Source: Histomonas meleagridis 2922-C6/04-290x (taxonomy: Eukaryota; Protista; Parabasalia). From it: a DNA stretch of 64,000 nt. The notes under the pieces were generated by a model that saw only the letters and a program-made list of their open reading frames with translations, ran no database searches and was not told the origin of the DNA. Positions within the stretch are counted from its first letter, which is position 1, and the number at the start of each line of letters is the position of its first letter. The translations under genes and the position numbers were made by a program. Below are positions 8,722 through 19,857 of this stretch, one piece after another. The stretch is taken from positions 1 through 64,000 of the forward strand of contig JAANOX010000255.1 of NCBI GenBank assembly GCA_020184695.1, given 5' to 3'.

Positions 8722-10361
8722 TCAAAAAAACTTTACGGTTTCGTTTAAAAATAATTTATTTTTTTGTCATTCAACTTTAGCGTTAAATCCTTCAAAAAAT
8801 GCTCATTTTCTCCGTTTCGTTGAGGTTTAAAAAGGGTTAGAAAAGGGTTAAAAACATCTTTGAAAATTAAAAGGTACTTTACATTCAAAACCTCAGTTAA
8901 TAACAAGTTTAATCTTCAAACACTAAAATTCACATAGGATTAACAACAAAACACTAAAATCCACATAGTATTAACAACAACTCAGCCGGATTCATGCCTC
9001 ACACATTTTAAATATAAATGTCATCATGAATTTAAATATATTTTATTACTTTCAATCAAAACCAACCGATTTATGAAAATCAATCAGATTTTAGCTGTTC
9101 ATCCTTTATTATGTAGTGCGAGTGTTGAGTGTAGCACGAAGCTCAAGAAGTAGCGCTGTGTGTGTGTGTGTGATTGAATCAACGAGGATTCAATTGAAGT
9201 ATACATGTAAATTAAACAGAAAATTATATCTTAAACATCGTAGCATTGCGTTACAATTTATTCCAAATCCAGAAAACAAGCCATTTATCGATCACATAGA
9301 TCACAACCGTTCCAACAATCACGTTTCAAATCTCCGTTGGGTTTATCAGTCAGAAAATCTAAAAAATAAAAGTTCAGGTAAAGGAAAAGACTTTGAATTC
9401 TTTGACGAAATCAATGAAGATTCAATTGAAGTTAATAAGTATGGCAATCATCAATTAGAAGATTATTATTATGATGATAAAACAGATGCGTTTTACTTTT
9501 GGAACGGTATTAAATTCAGAAAATTAACAATCTGTTATGATAAGCGCGGTTCTGCTCATGTTTATTGCAGAGATACTAATAATTCAAGTTTTTGCACTTT
9601 ATTATTCAAAAATTCAAAAAACTTTACGGTTTCGTTTAAAAAAAATTTATTTTTTTGTCATTCAACTTTTGCGTTAAATCCTTCAATAAATGCTCATTTT
9701 CTCCGTTTCGTAAAGGGTTAAAAAAAGGGTTAAAAAAAGGGTTAAAAAAACATCTTTGAAAATTAAAAGGTACTTTTTACATTCAAAATCTCAGTTAATA
9801 ACAACTTTAAGCTCCAAACACTAAAATCCACATAGGATAAACGTCAAATTCTTACCGATATATCAACCGTCAACTTTTGCGTTAAATCCTTCAATAAATG
9901 CTCATTTTCTCCGTTTCGTAAAGGGTTAAAAAAAGGGTTAAAAAAACATCTTTGAAAATTAAAAGGTACTTTTTGAGTTCAAAACCTCAGTTAATAACAA
10001 CTTTAAGCTCCAAACACTAAAATCTACATAGGATTAACAACAATCCATCCGTTATAGTCAACAACTCCCGTAAACTTGCAATATTCACGTCAAATCACTA
10101 AAATGGAGAAACTCATTCAGCTTTTCCGAATTTCCTTTAGCTAATAACTTTTTTAGTTAGTTAGTTAGTTAGTTTGTCATGCCTCACACATTTTAAATAT
10201 AAATGTCATCATGAATTTAAATATATTTTATTACTTTCAATCAAAACCAACCGATTTATGAGAATTCAATCGATTTTAGCCGTTCATCCTTTAGTTTATG
10301 TAGCGCGAGTGGGAGCGAGTGCGTAGCACGAAGCTCACATAGCGCTGTGTGTGTGTGTGTG
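8722..10361 (+). mobile_element. Tandem 5'-truncated HNH-element units, each ending in (TG)n
   Basis: 8722-9172 is homologous to 9613-10361 (with an extra internal copy ~9871-10042); both begin with the HNH 3' end (KKLYGFV*) and end GCACGAAGCTC...TAGCGC(TG)8. Confidence 0.7.
9198..9639 (+). pseudogene. HNH endonuclease (HNH_3/NUMOD4-associated type), N-terminally truncated and frameshifted near the 3' end
   Basis: KHRSIALQFIPNPENKPFIDHIDHNRSNNHVSNLRW is a classic HNH_3 motif; no ATG; alternative frame ends KFKKLYGFV* at 9639. Confidence 0.85.
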
Positions 10362-10505
10362 ATGTGAATGGATTTCATCCTGAAGTTCATTCTATGTTTT
10401 TATATACCCTGATGTCTTTCCAATTCGCGATTTTTACGACCGTTAAAAACCGTTTCTCTCAATATGAATACTTTTTGTCTGAAAGAAAATTAATGAATAA
10501 ATGTT

Positions 10506-11398
10506 TTATTCATAGATTGACCAAGATTCTTGGATTATATTGGGTTGCAGGTGTTCCCATGCCCAAAACCATGCATTGTGCTTCTTGTAATTTGGTAAAT
10601 TTTTCATTGTTTTGATTGTACTCTTTTTCGAAACAGATAACGTGCTGTAGCCTTCAAACACCCGAAGACCCTTCGATCTAATGGTTGAAATTCATCAGTC
10701 ATACCGGGTGGTATGAAATATAATTTAATCTTCAGAGTTTCTGCCAAATCGATAATTGATTGACATTTGTGGGCTTTATTCAAGTTACCATACCATTTGG
10801 AAAACACTTCCAGCATGTTTCATCCACATTGACAATTCTACTATGATCAACAGAAGTAAGAAGGTTTTGTATTGTATCGATCCAATTAGATTTTTCTTTA
10901 TCAGTCACATTTGGTCTCCTTTTAGGATGTAAAACTCTAGAAGAGAGATGGTTTCTCTTCTTAAAATCTGCGATAAATTGGTGTGAAACTAAAAAATCTT
11001 TCGTTTCTTTAAAATTAGTTATATCTTGATATTTTGTTAGATATGCATTCATAGCGATTATTATGAAGTCTTCATTGGTAAATACAAAACTTGGTTGTAA
11101 AAAACAATCGACAATAAAATCCTTAATTGATTGTTCTTCTATGGCTGTAAATATCCTATGACCACTTCCATGATCATTATTCCATGGTCTCCAAGCAGGA
11201 TTATGCTTTAATTTATCTTTCCAGGATCTTAGTGTGGAATCAGGAATTTTACTTGTTTGTGCAATCTTAGAAATTCTTGGGTATCCTCTTGAAATTTGAG
11301 TTATAACACATTCGAGCATTGGCCTTTTTGTAATTCGTGTAGTCTTTATGGGGTTTTCCTGGAAATATATTGCTATGATAATTCACGAACGCATTCAT
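10506..11398 (-). pseudogene. pogo/Tigger-like (DDE_1) transposase remnant with internal deletion
   Basis: HTH (ISKIAQTSKIPDSTLRSWK), CENP-B-like segment (FLVSHQFIADFKKRNHLSSR), NVDET, then IPPGMTDEFQPLDRRVFGCLK and AWEHL...SWSIYE* in other frames; middle of DDE core missing. Confidence 0.85.
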
Positions 11399-13442
11399 TC
11401 AACTTGATCATCTGCCGTTTCATTTACACTTTGTTTGTAACAAGACTGAAAAATATAGATATAATTATTGAGTTTTTGAATTTAATTGAACGAGATGAAA
11501 ATAAAAATCAAGTTTCAATAATTGACATCTTTTCTCGATTCCTTCAGGAAAATAACTCACAAGAATCTAATTATCTTATCGGAAAGTTGATTGAAAAAGG
11601 TTTAATTAACTCATCGATTACTGATAATATGAAAAATTTATTTTTTTCACATTTTAAAGCAAATTTCGTTTTAAACCATAGTTATCAATTTTCTGAATAT
11701 TTCTCCGAAAACCTTGAAAAACTTAAAGCGAATAATTGGGAACTTCATCAGAAATATGTTAAAGAAGGAATAAATCAGAATGAAATTGCGAAAATAATTC
11801 GGAATGATGAAATAGAAAAACTTCAAGAAATATCATCAGAAACAAACTTCGATTTTAATCAAACAATTCCAAAATCACTTTATGAAAGATATTCATTTAT
11901 TAATCATAAAAATGTTACATTAATTGATTATGCAGCATTTTTTTCTTCAGTTAAATGTTTTAAATATTTGCTTATGAACAATGCAAAAGTAGAAAACGCA
12001 GGCAAATATGCAGTTGCAGGTGGAAATGAAGAAATAATTCATTTATGTGAACAAAATCATTCAACATTTGAAGATGCATATGAAGCAGCAATAGAATTTC
12101 ATCGAAATGATATCTTTAAATATTTTTATGATAATAAGTTAAAAGAAATTTTTAATTTAGAAGAATTAGGAGCAAAATGTGTTTTACATAATAATTATGA
12201 ACTTTTATCATTTTTACTTAAAGAAGGAATGAAAATAAATGAAAATATTCTCATTGCTTCAATCATAACAGGTAATTTATATATTACTCAATATTTTCTC
12301 GAAAGTAATCATATTCCTTTAGATTTTTTGAAAATTTCGGGTATTTCTGGAAATGTGGAACTTTATAACTATTTAATTAACAATAGATACATTGATTTTA
12401 GCAAGATTGTTTGCTTATTTCATTAGATTTTTATTAAAATATTTCATCGTTTCATAAAAATTTTTAAATTTTTTTTTTAAATATTTTTAGCACTAACAAA
12501 TGCTTCAAAAAATGGTCATACAGAAATAGTTAAATTCCTTCTTGTTCAAGAAGGAATTGATATTAATGCTAAAAATGAAATTTATTTTAATAATTTGAAA
12601 TTTCAAAATAATATTTGGAAATTATTTAAATCATTTAAAACAGCACTTATGTTAGCATCTGATAATGGTCATACAGAAATAGTTAAATTACTTCTTGAAC
12701 AAAAAGGAATTGATATTAATGCTAAAGGTATTTATTTGTTTTATTTGAAATTCATTTTAATAATTTTATATTTCAAAATAATATTTGGAAATTATTTAAA
12801 TTATTTTGGACAGCACTAATTTATGCATCTGAATATGGACATACAGAAATAGTGAAATTACTTCTTGAACAAAAAGGAATTGATATTAATGCTAAAAATG
12901 AAATTTATTTTAATAATTTGATATTTCAAAATAATATTTGGAAATTATATAAACTATTTTGGACAGCACTTATGTGGGCATCTTTAAATGGATATACAGA
13001 AATAGTGAAATTACTTCTTGAACAAAAAGGAATTGATTTTAATGCTAAAGACATTTATTTGTTTTATTTGAAATTCATTTTAATAATTTTATATTTCAAA
13101 ATAATATTTGGAAATTATTTAAATTATTTAAAACAGCACTTATGATTGCATTTCAAGATGGTCATACAGAAATAGTTAAATTACTTCTTGAACAAGAAGG
13201 AATTGATATTAATGCTAAAGACATTTATTTGTTTTATTTAAAATATCATGAAAAATATGAAGTTTCATATAAACATTTGGAATTACTTATAAACATATAA
13301 AACAGCGCTTATGATAGCATCAGAAAAGAAAAATGCAGAAATTATTCAATTATTTGCAGGCAAAATTCAACATCATAAATGTGAATCACATAATAAAATT
13401 AAAAGATTCTCATGGATAAAAGAGTTAATATTTAAATATTGA
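11392..13442 (+). CDS. DUF3447-type ankyrin-repeat protein, 5'-truncated, repeats interrupted by non-canonical spacers
   Basis: IIRNDEIEKLQ...LIDYAAFFSSVKCFKYLL domain, then ankyrin blocks TALMxASxNGHTEIVKLLLEQKGIDINAK separated by 66-83-nt spacers; final stop TGA at 13442. Confidence 0.75.
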
Positions 13443-13885
13443 AATAAACATTTCCTAAATTCAGTTTGTTTTCATATATTATTATTAATGCATTAAATTT
13501 GATTAATATTATTATTATATGAATCAAAATTTGATAAATAGAATATTTTATATCAAATTTCATTGTATGATTTTCATATAATTTGATGATAATTTTTGTG
13601 AAAAAAATGATGAAAAATTCATAACAACAAAAAATTAATTATTATACATAGTATTATTTACTCTTAAAGTTTAATGGAATCTATTGAGTACACCTTGTTT
13701 ATTTAAATACTTATATTTGACTTACAATGTATATTATTTTTTTGATTTTTTACTCTTTGAATACGAACTTCTTCGGTTTTTGTTATCAGATGAAATTAAA
13801 GTTCTTATTTTACTTCTCAATTTTATGTTTCATTAAGTCAAAAAACGAATTTTACTCAAAAGAAGTTGAGTGATAAAATGACATT

Positions 13886-15430
13886 TTATTGATTATTTAT
13901 TGGCTTATTGGATATTATATATTTAAATAATTCCACCGAATGATTCCATATCTGTTGTGAGAACTGGTTCTGACCAAACGATATACTGTTTAATTGGTTC
14001 AAAGTCATTAACAAGTGCAAATCGAATTGATCAACTCTTGAATCAGCTCTCATCAATTCCACAAGATGTTGTTGCATTAACTGCTGCGCCTCTTCGTTAT
14101 CTCCGACGATGAAATCGCCGCCTCTCATTTGTTCCACATATGTACGCATTAACGCAATCACATTTGGATCAGCATTAAACTCTGTGAACCGAACTTCGCC
14201 AATTGGCACTGATACGTTGGCCTTAATGAACGAGCGAGCTTGTGATAATATTAAAAATGGAAATGAAGTTTCGACATCTTTTTCATACAATTCATAAAGA
14301 AATGGTACAACTTGAGACTCAACAGCATGTCGAAGTAAAACATAATTTTGAACTCCTGTCTGTTGTAACGTTCCTTCTGAGAGTCGTGTTTCATCAATAA
14401 TTATTCTGGTGTTATTAATTGATGATAATGATGTTGGTTTAAACTCTCCATCTTTCATTGCAGGTTGTAAAGTACGTTCGTTCATTGCATTACAATGGAT
14501 ATCAATGAAATTTAATGATGTACATAAATATATAAGAATTTGGACAACACATGAAGCTATAGATTCATTAGCACCGAATAGGTTAAGTGAAAAGATTCCA
14601 ATTGGTAAAGTACCAACACGACTCCTAACTCGTCCGATTAACCAAAGTAATATCAATTCGGCAGTTATCGGCTGAAAGAAAATTGAAAGAAATTGAATGA
14701 TCTTCTCGCGGACCTGCGGAAGTGGCGGCGTAGGGCCTGGGAAGATTGGTGAGTAAAGAAAATTAACTGGAAATGAGGCGAAGACTAGAATGTTTGGGAG
14801 AGTGGAAAGATATACTTCAAGTGAATTATTAATTTCCGTATTTGGTAAAACAGCGACAGGCTCTTCAATAAAACCAATAAGATCCATGACAACAAGTGGC
14901 CTCTCACTGGTGTTGGTAAGAAATCGAGCAACTGCTTGAAATGGTTCTTCAAATAAATCTTCATCAAACGTGCTTTGATTAGGATCAATAGTAAGGTGGC
15001 CTGAAGATTGAACTTGATCATAACCTAAGGAGTTATACTCTCGAAGCCATTTGGTTTGTGTGGAAACTGAGGAAACAACAATCTTTTGCCTTGAAATCAT
15101 TGATTGTAAGTCAAATGGCTCGCATCCTTCTGGAACATCTTGACCAAGAAGAGGAGTAAAAAATCTATCTCCACATTTAAGTTTTAATGGAATACAATCA
15201 TTCCCATAGTTTGAAAGAAATGTTACACGAAATCGAGCAATGCTTCCTGGTGCAATGGTCTGTAAGTGACCTAATGATGTGATCAAAGGAAGTGAATTTA
15301 AAATTTCTGGATTTTCATTAACAGCATTTACAATTGCTTGGTTAATACCAAAATCAGGCCTTACATCAGAAAACTGAGCGATTTCATCGATAAATTTTAT
15401 AGGGTTCTGGAAAAATGCATTGAGATCCAT
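13886..15430 (-). CDS. MCMBP: MCM-binding protein
   Basis: AELILLWLIGRVRSR...PIGIFSLNL and IIIDETRLSEGTLQQTGVQN motifs; probable ATG at 15430 (MDLNAFF). Confidence 0.8.
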   Translation of the reverse strand: MDLNAFFQNPIKFIDEIAQFSDVRPDFGINQAIVNAVNENPEILNSLPLITSLGHLQTIAPGSIARFRVTFLSNYGNDCIPLKLKCGDRFFTPLLGQDVPEGCEPFDLQSMISRQKIVVSSVSTQTKWLREYNSLGYDQVQSSGHLTIDPNQSTFDEDLFEEPFQAVARFLTNTSERPLVVMDLIGFIEEPVAVLPNTEINNSLEVYLSTLPNILVFASFPVNFLYSPIFPGPTPPLPQVREKIIQFLSIFFQPITAELILLWLIGRVRSRVGTLPIGIFSLNLFGANESIASCVVQILIYLCTSLNFIDIHCNAMNERTLQPAMKDGEFKPTSLSSINNTRIIIDETRLSEGTLQQTGVQNYVLLRHAVESQVVPFLYELYEKDVETSFPFLILSQARSFIKANVSVPIGEVRFTEFNADPNVIALMRTYVEQMRGGDFIVGDNEEAQQLMQQHLVELMRADSRVDQFDLHLLMTLNQLNSISFGQNQFSQQIWNHSVELFKYIISNKPINNQ

Positions 15431-15703
15431 TGTGATCTGGTTTGAAATAATAAACGGAATTAAATTGGAGCACCTCAAAAATTCCAAAATTGTTTTTTGA
15501 AATTCACATTTTTTAGAGTATTTTTAAGATTATTTTAGTAAAAAAAATATTCAAAATATTCTACAGATATATTTTCTAGAAAATAAAATAAAATATTGAC
15601 CAGATCTTTTTATTTTGTAATTTCCTGTTTCAAGAAATGTGAATTGAACAAAGACGTTTAAAAATTGCTAAAACTTTTTCTATACTAATTCGTAGCTTAA
15701 AAT

Positions 15704-15708
15704 TCACA
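15704..15708 (+). promoter_or_regulatory. Possible trichomonad Inr element (TCAYW)
   Basis: TCACA immediately 5' of the kinase ATG at 15709; a short motif that could occur by chance. Confidence 0.35.
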
Positions 15709-16644
15709 ATGGATGTTCGATATCAAAGGCTACAAAAATTAGGAAATGGAACCTATGGTCAGTTTTTCCGTGTAGAAGACAATGAGACCAAAGAAAATTT
15801 TGTAATGAAAAAGATATATATGAATCAAGAAGAAAATGGTATAACATCTTCAAATCTTCGAGAGCTCTCTGTACTAAATTCAATTAAGCATCCAAACGTG
15901 ATCTCTCTTATAGATTCTTTTGTAGACAAAGACAGTGTCACATTAATTTTTGAAATCATGAACTATGATCTCAAAACCTTTTTTACACGTGCAAAAATGA
16001 TTTCCATAGACCTTGTAAGATCGTATTCATTTCAGTTGTTGTGCGGAGTCCGATATCTTCATTCTAAACGAATTCTTCATAGATCAATAATGCCAAAAAA
16101 CATTCTTTTAGATGCGAAAGGATTTTTAAAAATCACACATTTTTCAACAGCCAGATATTATACCATTCCAATTCCGCCATTTACTCCATGTGATATTGAC
16201 GTAACATATAAATCTCCAGAATGTCTCTTAAAAGCAGAAAGATACGGTCCTCCATCGGATTTATGGAGTGTCGGTTGTGTTATTGCACAAATGGTTACAC
16301 CAGAAAGAGTACCGATTTTTAACGGTGATTCACAAATTGATCAAATTGCAAAAATTTATCAAATTTTGGGAACTCCAGATGACAGCGTTTGGGATGAGTT
16401 CTCATTGTTAGATAGTATACCAAATATTGATTCTTATACAAAAAAAAATCTTGTAGATTTTATCGCAGAACCTTATTCAAAAGATGATAATCTGATTGAT
16501 TTGCTTGAAAAGTTATTTATATATGATCCTAGTAAGAGGATTAGTGCAGAGGAGGCAATTAACCATCCATTTTTCAATGAAATACATCCAAATCTTAGAG
16601 CTTTTTGTTGCGGTACAGCAGGTCAAGGTAATTCTGCAAATTAG
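15709..16644 (+). CDS. CDK-like (CMGC) kinase, probable pseudokinase
   Basis: GNGTYG, PSTAIRE-like TSSNLRE, DLWSVGC, FNGDSQIDQ; HRD is HRS and DFG is HFS. Confidence 0.85.
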   Translation: MDVRYQRLQKLGNGTYGQFFRVEDNETKENFVMKKIYMNQEENGITSSNLRELSVLNSIKHPNVISLIDSFVDKDSVTLIFEIMNYDLKTFFTRAKMISIDLVRSYSFQLLCGVRYLHSKRILHRSIMPKNILLDAKGFLKITHFSTARYYTIPIPPFTPCDIDVTYKSPECLLKAERYGPPSDLWSVGCVIAQMVTPERVPIFNGDSQIDQIAKIYQILGTPDDSVWDEFSLLDSIPNIDSYTKKNLVDFIAEPYSKDDNLIDLLEKLFIYDPSKRISAEEAINHPFFNEIHPNLRAFCCGTAGQGNSAN

Positions 16645-16784
16645 TTTTTTTTTTAGTTAAATAAAAACATTTTAACCAAATTTTCGCCAAATTTGTATCT
16701 AATGGAGATACAATAAAAACGATAAAAACCGTTTATGCTTCTTTCGGACAAAAGCCGTTTAAGTTCCGGCGGAAAGGAAATCGT

Positions 16785-18131
16785 ATGCTTCTGCTTTTTT
16801 CGTTCCTTGTTTTTTCTCAATGCAACGAAGAAGCAACAATTTACGCAGATATTAAAAAAATGACTGACCAACAAGAAAATGCAATATTGAAAATCGAAAA
16901 TCAAAATTTGGATGATAAAATTAAATCAGGACAAACTATTCATGAAATTAATGAAGACAAAGAAAATATAGAATTTAAATCGGAAATAGAGAATTTACAT
17001 AAAATTGAAAATGTCACCAATGAAGAAAATCCCATAAAAGAAGATGCTCCTGGAATAGCTTATCACGAGCAAATTGAATATGATGTCCAATTAACACACA
17101 ACTTACCAAATAATGATAATAAATTAAATGCTGATCAAAGAAAAACAACAGAAAATAGCACAAATGAAGTTACAATGGTTTCAAGTATTATTCAGGAAAA
17201 AGACGATGATCATAACATCGAACAATATGAGTTAATCAATGATACAATCAACCCCAAAAAAGACGAAATGGATGAAAACAACAACAAAATGCCAGATGTA
17301 GGTTTGATTGATGAAAAAGTTGTTCATGAAACCAAAGAACCGATAAATGATGATGAGATAATATTTGATGAAACAGAATTAATTCTCAATGAACCAAAAG
17401 AAGATGATGAAAACATCAATATAAAAGATAACGAAGAACTACACAATCAAAATAACAATAACGAAAGCGATGACGATGATACAGATTATGATGGCGATGA
17501 TGATGAAGAACTTGAAGAAGAAGACATCAATGATGAAGACGACAATAAAAAAGAATACGAAGAAGACAACATACAAAGGAAGAATTATCTTTTAAATGAT
17601 AATGAACTCCAAGAAGACAAAATCGAACTTAATGACGATATTGGCGATCCACCAATTGCATATCAAGCGAAACTCACAATCGAATCTGTTCGCCCGACTA
17701 TACTATCATCCAAAGGCGGCGAAATTGTATACATTCAAACAAATTTAACGCGGAACACTGTTGTTTTTTGTAAGTTTAATTCCAAAGTTATAACAGGCCG
17801 TTACATAAATGACGGACAAATAACATGTAAAGCACCGCCACTTCAACAAGGAGAGGTATCTTTATCAGTGTCCGTCAATAGAAGGAAATGGGGTAAAGAA
17901 GTCTTCTTGAGTGTTATCGAAGAAGAAAGTGATAGGCCGTGGATGGTGATATGCATCGGATGTATTATCATTATCGGAGCTATATATGTTGTCGCAAAGT
18001 TCTTGTTCTTAAAGAGAAGAGTGCCAAAAAGAAGAAATAGAGTTAGAAATTATGACGAGCTGCTGAATACACAGCCAAAGGTATCGGAAAAAGAAAGATT
18101 AAGAAGAAGAAATATTACTCCTGAAATTTAG
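16785..18131 (+). CDS. Type I membrane protein with acidic stalk and IPT/TIG domain
   Basis: Hydrophobic N-terminus, D/E/N-rich region, IESVRPTILSSKGGEIV...ITCKAPP (IPT/TIG), TM helix, basic tail. Confidence 0.7.
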   Translation: MLLLFSFLVFSQCNEEATIYADIKKMTDQQENAILKIENQNLDDKIKSGQTIHEINEDKENIEFKSEIENLHKIENVTNEENPIKEDAPGIAYHEQIEYDVQLTHNLPNNDNKLNADQRKTTENSTNEVTMVSSIIQEKDDDHNIEQYELINDTINPKKDEMDENNNKMPDVGLIDEKVVHETKEPINDDEIIFDETELILNEPKEDDENINIKDNEELHNQNNNNESDDDDTDYDGDDDEELEEEDINDEDDNKKEYEEDNIQRKNYLLNDNELQEDKIELNDDIGDPPIAYQAKLTIESVRPTILSSKGGEIVYIQTNLTRNTVVFCKFNSKVITGRYINDGQITCKAPPLQQGEVSLSVSVNRRKWGKEVFLSVIEEESDRPWMVICIGCIIIIGAIYVVAKFLFLKRRVPKRRNRVRNYDELLNTQPKVSEKERLRRRNITPEI

Positions 18132-18644
18132 ATGATTTGGTTTGGTTTGGTAAAAAATCGTTTATATCAAAGATAAATCAAATTTTGTAAATGGTTTAAA
18201 TCATAAAAAATTAAAAATTGTTATTATTTTTAGATTTAAACATCGCGTGAGAATAGAAATATTCTTTTAAAAGAAAAAAAAAATGAACCGAATTAAAAGT
18301 ATAATGAACAAATTTTTTTTGATAAAAAACAACGATAAGACAATTCGATATTATAGCACAGTCGGTGCTCCCTTAGTGCTTAAAAGATAAAAAAAATCCG
18401 AATCATTTCAAATGATTCCAACTTAGATACAAATTATATGAATGGTGACATGTTTAAAATTATCAAAAGTAAAAATAACAGCAAATATTTATTCTATCAA
18501 ATTCTAGAATTAACAAATAGTTAAATAAAAGAAAAGCACTGAGAATTTATTATTACTATTTATTATTTTTGCACAAAAATCAAAAATTTAAATTTTTACA
18601 TGAAATCTGAAAAAGATTTAATAGCATTAATTCCGCGTCTAGAG

Positions 18645-19316
18645 TTATTTAGAAACCTTGTGGACAATTATTTTCCCATTTGAGTCATCTCCATTGCAAC
18701 TTACAGATGCTTTAAGATAAATTGGTGTATGAGGGATAGGGTATATTTGTACATAGTAATAATTATTAGCATCCGTATTTCCTGTGTATCCATCATGAAC
18801 ATCTTGACTTATAAGGTTGCCATGGTTAATAATTTTAACACTTTTTATATCTAGACAATAACTGCCCTGAGTACTCTTAAATTTAATTTCATAGTCGCCA
18901 GGGCCATTGAAATATTTTGTTATATCCCATTGATGGTCAAGATATTCTTTCTGAATTTGGCCAGAACTCCATCCTAATCCATTAAATTCAATACATTTTA
19001 TTTGAATCCTTACGTAAGGGTTATGTCCACCACGGCTTTTTAAATTGGCTATTAAAAATGTTGGTTGATGAAATTGATTAATTGAAACACGATATGAATT
19101 ACCGTTGTTTGTAATTCCTGCCACACCATGATGAGGATCTGTTGCTATTTCTTTCCCATTACACTTAATTTTAATTCCATTGATATCAAGAATGTGATTT
19201 TGTGTCATGCATATGAATGCGACCTCATAAACTCCTGGACCAACCAGCGTTTGTGAAATGTTCCATTTTTTCTTTGCGTATTCTTGTGTTCCTTGTCCTG
19301 GGTTCCAAACAATCAT
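18645..19316 (-). CDS. Protein of two tandem ~105-aa beta-sandwich (carbohydrate-binding-like) domains
   Basis: Two copies of W..GQ....Y....W.I.....GPG.YE..F..T.....LDI..(I/V)KI...G..I..D.H.G..G.....N.Y, recalled from accessory domains of bacterial GH20-type hexosaminidases. Confidence 0.55.
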   Translation of the reverse strand: MIVWNPGQGTQEYAKKKWNISQTLVGPGVYEVAFICMTQNHILDINGIKIKCNGKEIATDPHHGVAGITNNGNSYRVSINQFHQPTFLIANLKSRGGHNPYVRIQIKCIEFNGLGWSSGQIQKEYLDHQWDITKYFNGPGDYEIKFKSTQGSYCLDIKSVKIINHGNLISQDVHDGYTGNTDANNYYYVQIYPIPHTPIYLKASVSCNGDDSNGKIIVHKVSK

Positions 19317-19857
19317 TTTGGAAGATTTGTGGCAAAATTTGTATTTACAAAAAGTGAATTCTGTCTTACAAGTATGATCAAAATAAATTCAAAATATATC
19401 CAGTGTCAAAATATCCAAAATTTGCCCTTTATGAAATCAATAATTACCTCATCATTTTTATTATAATCAAATCTTTGTTTATGGGGACATTATACACATA
19501 AATTAACACTGACGTGTAAGTGTTTAATTCCCATTTTTGGCTGCTTTTATTAAAATGTATTTTTCAATTAATTGCAAAAAAATTCTCAATAAAATCGCAC
19601 TTAATTTATATACATTATCATCATCTGATTTCCTTTTGGTAAGATAACATATTTTGTATTGGATTCATAAAATTTTAAAAAATTTTACAAACTTTTCTTT
19701 CCTCTATTTCTCTTTTAATCAAATTTATCTTTTTTGCAAACAGCGAATGAATAAATTTTAATAAATTTCAAAAAATTGTAATATGATATATTAAAACATG
19801 TTCACATTCATTAAAAAATATTTTAAATTTTTATTTATTTATATCTAAATAAATTAT

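Noticed and set aside
8722-10361. LTR retrotransposon
   Set aside because: The repeats include the HNH coding 3' end; no TG...CA ends, PBS/PPT, gag or RT
10380-11450. Intact pogo element with TIRs and TA target-site duplication
   Set aside because: No matching TIR pair found; transposase is internally deleted and 5'-fused to a host gene
13050-13134. U12-type AT-AC introns
   Set aside because: AT...AC joins are out of frame, and no ATATCC donor or TCCTTAAC branch site is present
12406-13304. Canonical GT-AG introns using the ACAG in ACA-GCA
   Set aside because: Several spacers have no GT or only out-of-phase GT, the AG is part of Thr-Ala codons and is absent in two repeats of copy 2, no branch-point motif is present, and splicing there would delete the ankyrin Thr
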